6,497 nt of DNA from positions 1 to 6,497 of the forward strand of contig JAQVTI010000024.1 in the NCBI GenBank assembly GCA_028700115.1, read 5' to 3'. The notes beneath the pieces were generated by a model. The model was not told the origin of the DNA. It searched no databases and was given only the letters and a program-made list of their open reading frames with translations. The stretch comes from Candidatus Iainarchaeum sp. Its GTDB lineage: Archaea > Iainarchaeota > Iainarchaeia > Iainarchaeales > CSSED10-239. The position numbers were made by a program, and so were the translations under genes. Of this stretch, positions 1 to 6,497 are shown piece after piece. Positions within the stretch are counted from its first letter, which is position 1, and each line of letters opens with the position of its first letter.

Positions 1-2
1 TA

Positions 3-2726
3 TATATTAGAAATGATTCAACTTTAACAACAATTTCTCAAGATCTTTTTAAAGATTATAGTAAGATAAGATTAGGTTTAAGGGAATATGCAATTACAGA
101 AAAAAATTTCAAAACAGATAAAAAAATAGATTTGTTTTTAAAACAAAAATATTTTTCTATTTCGGAAATAGAGCAAGGGTTAAAATTAATTGGTTTTAAT
201 AAATCAATTTCTGATTATTTTAAATCATTTAAATTAGATGATAAAGATCTTTTTTCAGAAATTACCGATTCATATGATAAATTTAAAAATATAAAGTATG
301 ATCCAAATGGGGATAGATTTGATATTGGTGAAAAGACAGAAAAGGGGGATCTTATAAAGCAATTTTTAGATTCTATAATGGATTTATTACATTTTATTAA
401 ACCACTTTATGTTAGTCTAAAAAATAAACCTTTAGATGATGACAAAGAGAAAAAATCAGAAGCATATGAATTAGATTCTAGTTTTTATACTGAATTTAAT
501 GACATTTATGAAAAATTATTAGAATTAATTAAAATATATAATCAAACTAGAAATTATATAACCAAAAAACCATTTGTAACAAAAAAGTTCAAATTAAATT
601 TTAATAATTCTACTCTTTTAGATGGTTGGGATAAAAATAAAGAAAAGGATAATTTTGGAGTTCTTTTTAAAAAAGAAAATTATTATTATCTTGGGATTTT
701 AAATCCTGAAAATAAAAAGATATTGGATAATTTAGAGACATCCGAAAATGTAGACGCTTTAGAAAAAATGGTTTATAAATTATTACCTGGTCCAAATAAA
801 ATGTTGCCAAAAGTATTTTTTAGTAAGGGTAATATAAAATATTATAATCCCTCTAACGAAATAATAGATATAAGAAATCATTCATCGCATACCAAAAATG
901 GAAAACCACAAGAAGGTTATGAAAAAAAAGATTTTAATTTAGATGATTGTCATAAATTTATTGATTTTTTAAAAGAAAGTTTAAGTAAACATCCAGAATG
1001 GGGTGTTTTTAATTTTAAATTTAAAGAAACCAAAAAGTATGCTGATTCTTCAGAATTTTATTTAGATGTGGCAAATCAAGGATATATAATAGATTTTATT
1101 AAACTAAATTATGAATCTATTTTAGATTTAGTCGATTCAGGCAAATTTTATTTATTCCAAATTTATAATAAAGATTATTCCAAAAATAAAGGAATATATA
1201 ATAAGGGTAAAAAAAATCTTCATACAATATATTGGGAAGAACTATTCTCAAAAGAAAATTTAAAAAATGTTGTGTATAAATTAAATGGAGAGGCAGAACT
1301 TTTTTATAGAGAAAAATCATTACCCGCAAAAATAACTCACCCTAAAAATCAAAATATAGATAACAAAGATCCAATAAACAATAAAAAAACAAGTTGCTTT
1401 GATTATGATTTGATTAAAGATAAAAGATATACTGAAGATAAATTTCTGTTCCATTGTCCAATTACTTTAAATTTTAAACAAAAAGATTTAAAATCTATTA
1501 ACAACGAAGTAAATAAAATTATTAAATCTAATGAAGTTAATATTCTAAGCATAGATCGTGGAGAGCGAAATTTATTATATTATACTCTTTTAGATTCTAA
1601 TGGGAATATATTATCTCAGAATTCATTAAACTCTGTTTTTGATGATTTAAATAGAAAATCAGATTATAAAGCTAAATTAGATTCAATCGAAGGAAAAAGA
1701 AAAGATGCTAGGCAAAATTGGCATAAAATAGTTAATATTAAAGAATTAAAAGAAGGATATTTATCTCAAGTGATTTATAAAATTTCTAAAATGGCAGTAG
1801 AAAATAATGCTATTATTGTTTTAGAAGATTTAAATTATGGATTTAAAAAAGGTAGATTTAAAATAGAAAAACAAGTTTATCAAAAATTTGAAAAAATGCT
1901 TATTGATAAATTAAATTATTTAATGTTTAAAGAAAAAGATTCTACTGAAATTGGTGGTTCTCTTAAGGCCTATCAATTAACAAGCAAATTTGATAGTTTT
2001 AAAAAATTAGGAAAACAATCTGGTATTATATTTTATGTTCCTGCAAGTTATACATCTAAAATTTGTCCAAAAACAGGATTTATTAATTTTATATATCCTA
2101 AATTTGAAAATATAAAACAAGCGCAAGATCTTTTAAATAAATTCCAATATATTAAATACCATCCAGCGGAAGATCTGTTTGAATTTAATTTTAATTATTC
2201 TGATTTTAAAAGTAAAAATGATAAAACTAAATTAATTAAAGATAATTGGTCTATTTGGTCAAATGGGATAAAATTAAAACAATTTAGAAATTCAGAAAAA
2301 AATAATATGTGGGATACAAAAGAAGTTAATGTAACTGAAGAATTAAAAAAATTATTTAAAGATTATGAAATGGATTATACCAGTGAAAATGATATAAAAG
2401 ATCAAGTAATTAATATTAATTCTAAAGAATTTTTAGAAAAATTAATAGATATTCTCAAATTAATATTACAATTAAGAAATTCAAGAAGTAATAGCGATGA
2501 AGACTATATATTATCTTGTGTAAAAGGTAAAGATGACAAATTCTTTGATTCTAGATCTGCAAAAGATAATGAACCAAAAGATGCCGATGCTAATGGTGCT
2601 TATCATATTGGTTTAAAGGGATTAATGATAATAGATAAAATTAAAAACCAAGAATCAGATAAAAAAGTAGATCTAAGACTACAGAATAATGATTATATAA
2701 ATGAAAGAATAAAGAGGTGTAATTAA
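3..2726 (+). CDS. cas12a: Cas12a (Cpf1) type V-A CRISPR effector nuclease, 5'-truncated by the window edge
   Basis: The frame is open from nt 3 to the TAA at 2724-2726. Translation upstream of the reported TTG start gives YIRNDSTLTTISQDLFKDYSKIRLGLREYAITEKNFKTDKKID, which matches Cas12a helical-domain sequence (compare FnCas12a ..[22 protein letters not shown]..). Further Cas12a hallmarks are YNQTRNYITKKPF..KFKLNFNNSTLLDGWDKNKE, YKLLPGPNKMLPKVFFS (WED/PI), RNHSSHTKNGKPQ and GEAELFYREKSLPAKITHP. Active-site motifs are RuvC-I SIDRGERNLLYY (Asp codon 1554-1556), RuvC-II IVLEDLNYGFKKGRFKIEKQVYQK (Glu codon 1824-1826), Nuc LQLRNS (Arg codon 2475-2477) and RuvC-III KDADANGAYHIGLKGL (Asp codon 2586-2588). 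Confidence 0.98.
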   Translation, partial: YIRNDSTLTTISQDLFKDYSKIRLGLREYAITEKNFKTDKKIDLFLKQKYFSISEIEQGLKLIGFNKSISDYFKSFKLDDKDLFSEITDSYDKFKNIKYDPNGDRFDIGEKTEKGDLIKQFLDSIMDLLHFIKPLYVSLKNKPLDDDKEKKSEAYELDSSFYTEFNDIYEKLLELIKIYNQTRNYITKKPFVTKKFKLNFNNSTLLDGWDKNKEKDNFGVLFKKENYYYLGILNPENKKILDNLETSENVDALEKMVYKLLPGPNKMLPKVFFSKGNIKYYNPSNEIIDIRNHSSHTKNGKPQEGYEKKDFNLDDCHKFIDFLKESLSKHPEWGVFNFKFKETKKYADSSEFYLDVANQGYIIDFIKLNYESILDLVDSGKFYLFQIYNKDYSKNKGIYNKGKKNLHTIYWEELFSKENLKNVVYKLNGEAELFYREKSLPAKITHPKNQNIDNKDPINNKKTSCFDYDLIKDKRYTEDKFLFHCPITLNFKQKDLKSINNEVNKIIKSNEVNILSIDRGERNLLYYTLLDSNGNILSQNSLNSVFDDLNRKSDYKAKLDSIEGKRKDARQNWHKIVNIKELKEGYLSQVIYKISKMAVENNAIIVLEDLNYGFKKGRFKIEKQVYQKFEKMLIDKLNYLMFKEKDSTEIGGSLKAYQLTSKFDSFKKLGKQSGIIFYVPASYTSKICPKTGFINFIYPKFENIKQAQDLLNKFQYIKYHPAEDLFEFNFNYSDFKSKNDKTKLIKDNWSIWSNGIKLKQFRNSEKNNMWDTKEVNVTEELKKLFKDYEMDYTSENDIKDQVININSKEFLEKLIDILKLILQLRNSRSNSDEDYILSCVKGKDDKFFDSRSAKDNEPKDADANGAYHIGLKGLMIIDKIKNQESDKKVDLRLQNNDYINERIKRCN
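2711..2719 (+). promoter_or_regulatory. Shine-Dalgarno-like ribosome binding site for the second effector gene
   Basis: AAAGAGGTG lies inside the 3' end of cas12a, with 6 nt between its end and the ATG at 2726. It is close to the consensus GGAGGTG. Confidence 0.7.
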
Positions 2727-5700
2727 TGTCTGAATTGAAATTTTTAGGAGATTATTCTTATAATAAAGCAATAAGATTTAAATTAGAACACAAATGTGGA
2801 GAACTTCCAAAATTTGAAAGTAATAATTCCAATCCATTAGATCTTATTGATTTAGGTTTAAAAATTGTTGATGATTTTAAAGATTTAATATACCTAAAAA
2901 CAGAAAAAAACGAACTAAAATTAGATAAAAATAAATCCCCAATATTAACTAAATTTGTTTCTATTAAAAAGCAGTGGTTAAGATATTATACTAAATTAGA
3001 ATTTTATGATGGTTCTAAAAATAAAAGTGTTGATTTTTCAATAACTAATTTTCCATATTTGTCAGACTCTTTTAAAAAATGGATTGTGGATTGGACAGAT
3101 GCAATAAATCATTTAAATAATTTATTACAAGATAAAGAAAATCTAATGATTAGACGATCAGAAATTGCCTATTATTTATTGTTAATTAGTAGTAAGAATT
3201 ATTTTAATTATATAAAAGATTTTTCTTTTTATTCTAATGATAAAAACACCACTAAAGTTGCTGAATTTCAAAAGTTAATATTAATATTTGAAGAAAAATT
3301 AAATTCTTGTGTTATTAAATATGCCCCAGCACAAAATGCTGGTCTTCTTATTGCTAGTGGAAGTATGAATTATTATACTATAAATAAAAAACCTAAAGAT
3401 TATAATTTTGAATTAAGTCAATTGAAAAAAGAATATGAAATAAAACAAGAGGAATATAATTTATTTAAAGTATATAAAAGTACCCAAAAATCTTTATTAT
3501 TTCAATATATTAATTCTGGATTAGATAAAGACGAAATTTTAAAAAAATTAGCAGATAATTATAATTTTTATAAAGAAAACAATAAAAAAATTAAAACATT
3601 TTATAGTGGTGATAGTGGTAATGACCTTGCCTATAAATATTCTAGATTATTTGCAGATGATAGAGCATTAACAAGTATAATTAATTTAACAGATAAGATA
3701 AATGAACTTAATTTAAAACTACAAACAACCAACAATAATAAAGATCAAATAAAATTAGAAATTAGTGCATTAAAACAGAAACGAGGTTTCTATTTTATAA
3801 AAAGACACCCTCGAAAATCTGGTGATCCTGATTTTTATATCAGTAATGAAAAAAATTGGCATGATAGATACACCTTTTGTTTTTCAAATTATACTAATTT
3901 TTGTAAGATTTTTAAAGTAATTGCACAGAAAACAGGTAAATTAAAAGCAAAAATTAGAGCTATTGAAAAAGAAAAAATTGAGTCTCAAACTTTAAAATAT
4001 TGGTCATTTGTAGTAGATAGATCTGATGAAAAAGAATTGTGGATGGTTCCAAAAGAAAATAGAACAAAATTTAAGGATTTATTAAAATCTGATAACTCTA
4101 CAGATGTAAATATATACCAATTAACATCATTAACAATGAGAGCATTAAATAAACTATGTTTTGCAGAAGAAAGTTCTTTTGTTAAAGATATGCCAGATTA
4201 TCTAAAAGATCTTCAAAAAAAAGTAAAAGAAGCAACAGATGATGAGCAAAAAATTAAAAATCAAAGAAAAAAGATTAATTTTAGTACAGATATAAAAACA
4301 AAAAGCGAACTTAAATTGTCTTTTTTTAAGGAACTTATTAAAAGTGAGTATGCTAAAAGCTTATTAGACTTATCCAAATTTAATTTAGAAGATCTACAAA
4401 AAGTAAAAGATCTAAAAGAATTTGAAATGCTTTTAGAAAAAAATTGTTATGTTTTAGAAAAAATTGGTTTATCAAAGGAATCTTGTGAAAAATTAATTAA
4501 AGAGTGTAATATTTTAATATTTAAAATAACATCTTATGATTTAGAAGATAGACCAAAAAACACCTATCAAACAAAAGAAAGTGATTATAAAAGAATAACC
4601 TCTGAAATATGGAATACTTTTTGGGAAAACCCAGGTATTAATTTAAGAATTAACCCAGAAGTAAAAATAAGATATAGAGAAAAAAATGAAGAACATATTA
4701 AATATTTAGAAGAAAAAGGTTTTGATTTAACAAAAATAAAAAATAGATTTATTGTTGATCAATATACCTGTTATTTCACATTTACTTTAAATCCAGGCAA
4801 ACTTTATCCTGAATTAGTATTTGCTAAAACAGAAGAGCTAATAAAGAAGATTCAAGAATTTAATGATCAGTTTAATAAAATTAATTTAGAAGGCACATAT
4901 AAATATGGAATTGATAGAGGGTCTATTGAATTATCAACATTGTGTTTAGCTAAATTTGATAAAAATGATGTTTATACATATACGGTAGATGATAAAACAA
5001 AAACAATATTAAAACCAAAATTTCCAAATGGAGAAGAAGATATTAAAGTATATGAACTTAAAAAGGAACTATATAATAAAAAAGCAATTTCGGATTTAGA
5101 GAATTTGCCAATGGAAAAAAGAAAACCAAAAAGAATTATAGCAAATATTTCTTATTTTATAGATAAGATAAATGATCCAAATTGGTTTAATAAAAAAACA
5201 GTAACTTGTATTGATTTAACTACCGCAAAAGTAATCAAAGATAAAATAATAGTGAATGGAGATCTACTAACCTTTTTAAAAATGAAAAAAGAAGCAGCAA
5301 AAAGAGTATTATTTGAATTGGTATCAGAAGGAAAAATAACCCCTGATCATAAAGAACTAAAATGGGGATCAGAAAATTTAGAGGACCCTTCTTCTCGTGA
5401 ATTAAGATATTACCCATATACTAGTGATAAAATAGTTTATCATTTTGAAAATAATTTTGGAAGAGATTTAGAGGGGTTATTAATAAAAGATGATTTAATT
5501 TATTCAAAAGAAAATGTTTTAAGTAATTTTCAAGTATATCTAACTGAATTATTAGATAATAAATTAGTAGATAAAAATGAACCTAACACGCACACACCAA
5601 CAATTCCAAAAATAAATAATTTAAGAAGAGCACTTGTTTCTAATATGGTTGGTGTAATTACTTATTTACAAAAATATTACCCAGGATATGTGGTTTTAGA

Positions 5701-6163
5701 AAATTTAAAATCTAGTGAAGAATTAAATAAATTTGAAAGAAATTATATAAATACCTCAATTCCATTTGAAAAAGCACTGATTCAAAAATTCCAAACTATG
5801 GGGCTTGTTCCTCCGCACATAAAAAATTTGTGGGAAATAAGAGAAGAGAAAACCAAAAAAAATTTGCTTGTAAATAAACAAAATTTTCAATTAGGTGCTA
5901 TTTTGTTTGTTAATAAAGATAGAACAAGTAAAGATTGTCCATATTGCGAAAAGCCATATACTTGGGATAAAGAAAAGGCTGATGAACTAAAATTTAAATT
6001 ACATCAATATAAGTGTGGGCCAGATCCTTCTTGTGGTTTTGATACTAAAGAATTATTACCTAAATTTGATTTTTTAAAAGAAATTTCAGATCCTGATAAA
6101 ATTGCTGCATTTAATGTTGCAAAAAGATGGAAAGATATAGTAGAAAATGATGCCAAGAAATAA
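2726..6163 (+). CDS. cas12a2: Second type V effector nuclease with RuvC and C-terminal zinc ribbon, Cas12a2/Cms1-like
   Basis: Complete 1145-aa ORF. The N-terminus FLGDYSYNKAIRFKLEHK resembles the Cas12a/Cms1 start motif (YS.SKTLRFEL / YKITKTIRFKL). RuvC-I is YKYGIDRGSIELSTLCLAKFDK (Asp 4913-4915). RuvC-II is NLRRALVSNMVGVITYLQKYYPGYVVLENLK (Glu 5699-5701). The zinc ribbon is CPYC...KCGPDPSCGFDT (Cys codons 5936-6034), and RuvC-III is SDPDKIAAFNVAKR (Asp 6095-6097). Segments MNYYTINKKPKDY, GKLKAKIRAIEKEKIESQTLKYWSFVV, YQLTSLTMRALNKLCF, IDLTTAKVIKDKIIVNGDLLTFL and DPDKIAAFNVAKR match Smithella Cms1-type nucleases as I recall them. The same order of motifs is found in Sulfuricurvum Cas12a2. Confidence 0.82.
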   Translation: MSELKFLGDYSYNKAIRFKLEHKCGELPKFESNNSNPLDLIDLGLKIVDDFKDLIYLKTEKNELKLDKNKSPILTKFVSIKKQWLRYYTKLEFYDGSKNKSVDFSITNFPYLSDSFKKWIVDWTDAINHLNNLLQDKENLMIRRSEIAYYLLLISSKNYFNYIKDFSFYSNDKNTTKVAEFQKLILIFEEKLNSCVIKYAPAQNAGLLIASGSMNYYTINKKPKDYNFELSQLKKEYEIKQEEYNLFKVYKSTQKSLLFQYINSGLDKDEILKKLADNYNFYKENNKKIKTFYSGDSGNDLAYKYSRLFADDRALTSIINLTDKINELNLKLQTTNNNKDQIKLEISALKQKRGFYFIKRHPRKSGDPDFYISNEKNWHDRYTFCFSNYTNFCKIFKVIAQKTGKLKAKIRAIEKEKIESQTLKYWSFVVDRSDEKELWMVPKENRTKFKDLLKSDNSTDVNIYQLTSLTMRALNKLCFAEESSFVKDMPDYLKDLQKKVKEATDDEQKIKNQRKKINFSTDIKTKSELKLSFFKELIKSEYAKSLLDLSKFNLEDLQKVKDLKEFEMLLEKNCYVLEKIGLSKESCEKLIKECNILIFKITSYDLEDRPKNTYQTKESDYKRITSEIWNTFWENPGINLRINPEVKIRYREKNEEHIKYLEEKGFDLTKIKNRFIVDQYTCYFTFTLNPGKLYPELVFAKTEELIKKIQEFNDQFNKINLEGTYKYGIDRGSIELSTLCLAKFDKNDVYTYTVDDKTKTILKPKFPNGEEDIKVYELKKELYNKKAISDLENLPMEKRKPKRIIANISYFIDKINDPNWFNKKTVTCIDLTTAKVIKDKIIVNGDLLTFLKMKKEAAKRVLFELVSEGKITPDHKELKWGSENLEDPSSRELRYYPYTSDKIVYHFENNFGRDLEGLLIKDDLIYSKENVLSNFQVYLTELLDNKLVDKNEPNTHTPTIPKINNLRRALVSNMVGVITYLQKYYPGYVVLENLKSSEELNKFERNYINTSIPFEKALIQKFQTMGLVPPHIKNLWEIREEKTKKNLLVNKQNFQLGAILFVNKDRTSKDCPYCEKPYTWDKEKADELKFKLHQYKCGPDPSCGFDTKELLPKFDFLKEISDPDKIAAFNVAKRWKDIVENDAKK
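5936..6034 (+). other. Zinc ribbon (CX2C ... CX5C) within the second effector, between RuvC-II and RuvC-III
   Basis: DCPYCEKPYTWDKEKADELKFKLHQYKCGPDPSCGFDTKE. Two Cys pairs sit where Cas12a has its Nuc domain, which is the Cas12a2/Cms1-like layout. Confidence 0.75.
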
Positions 6164-6205
6164 TAAATTACAAGGTATTTTAAAAAACAACAAAAAAATC
6201 TAAAA

Positions 6206-6497
6206 ATGGAAGAAAACATTATTATTTCAAATCTTAATGATTTTATTTTTTGCCCAAGAAGTATATATTTTCATAATTTGTACTACTCTTTTGATGAAAA
6301 GACTTATCATTCAACAGATCAATTAAAAGGACAATTAGCACATAAAAAAATAGATTCCAAAAAGTATAACACAAAAAAAAACACATTAGAAGGAATAGAT
6401 ATATATAGTGAGGAGCTGGGCTTAGTTGGTAAAATAGATCTTTTAGAATTAGATACAAAAACCTTAATAGAAAGAAAAAATAAGATAAAAACTATTT
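6206..6497 (+). CDS. cas4: Cas4 family RecB-like exonuclease (CRISPR adaptation), 3'-truncated by the window edge
   Basis: Manual translation gives MEENIIISNLNDFIFCPRSIYFHNLYYSFDEKTYHSTDQLKGQLAHKKIDSKKYNTKKNTLEGIDIYSEELGLVGKIDLLELDTKTLIERKNKIKTI..., open to the right edge. It has the N-terminal Fe-S Cys in FCPRSIYFH (6251-6253), His in GQLAHKKID (6341-6343), Asp in GKIDLLELD (6437-6439) and E-x-K in LIERK (6470-6478). This is the Cas4 pattern found in type V-A loci. Confidence 0.93.
   Translation, partial: MEENIIISNLNDFIFCPRSIYFHNLYYSFDEKTYHSTDQLKGQLAHKKIDSKKYNTKKNTLEGIDIYSEELGLVGKIDLLELDTKTLIERKNKIKTI

Noticed and set aside
1117-1329. Minus-strand 70-aa ORF
   Set aside because: It lies wholly antisense to strongly conserved Cas12a coding sequence and has a low-complexity hydrophobic translation with no recognisable domain. 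It is a by-product of AT-rich coding DNA.
5235-5417. Minus-strand 60-aa ORF
   Set aside because: Antisense to the conserved RuvC-containing part of the second effector, with no identifiable family. It looks like chance.
2726-6163. Second ORF as a transposon-encoded TnpB/IscB-like protein or a second Cas12a copy
   Set aside because: At 1145 aa it is much larger than TnpB, no transposon ends or TnpA were seen, and it lacks the Cas12a Nuc and DADANGAYH signatures. The Cms1/Cas12a2-like match is better.
6164-6205. Possible terminator, small RNA or tracrRNA between the second effector and cas4
   Set aside because: The 42-nt gap is A-rich with no inverted repeat or stable stem, and is too short for a tracrRNA or independent regulatory unit.
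6004-6219. Minus-strand 71-aa ORF
   Set aside because: Antisense to the zinc ribbon/RuvC-III end of the second effector. Its Phe/Leu-rich translation mirrors the Lys/Asp-rich sense strand.
6243-6458. Minus-strand 71-aa ORF resembling a hydrophobic peptide
   Set aside because: Antisense to the clear Cas4 N-terminal coding sequence on the + strand.
1-6497. CRISPR array or Cas12a-type direct repeat within the window
   Set aside because: I looked for regularly spaced repeats and a TTTCTAC..GTAGA-type repeat hairpin and found none. The window is almost entirely coding, so any array must lie outside it.

Overview
The window holds part of a type V CRISPR-Cas operon on the + strand of a very AT-rich genome. 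It contains: (1) the C-terminal ~908 codons of a Cas12a (Cpf1) effector. The reading frame is open to the left window edge, so the TTG at 132 is not the real start. (2) A complete second RuvC effector of 1145 aa, overlapping cas12a by 1 nt (TAATG). It has a Cas12-like N-terminus, RuvC-I/II/III motifs and a C-terminal Cys4 zinc ribbon, and best resembles the Cas12a2/Cms1 group. (3) The 5' part of a cas4 gene running off the right edge, which is absent from the supplied ORF track. The main point of interest is the tightly coupled arrangement cas12a - cas12a2/Cms1-like - cas4. It suggests two effectors with different outputs (DNA cleavage and possibly RNA-triggered collateral activity) that share one adaptation module and probably one CRISPR array. 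No CRISPR array, cas1 or cas2 is visible in the window. Homology statements come from recalled family sequences and motifs, not from a database search.
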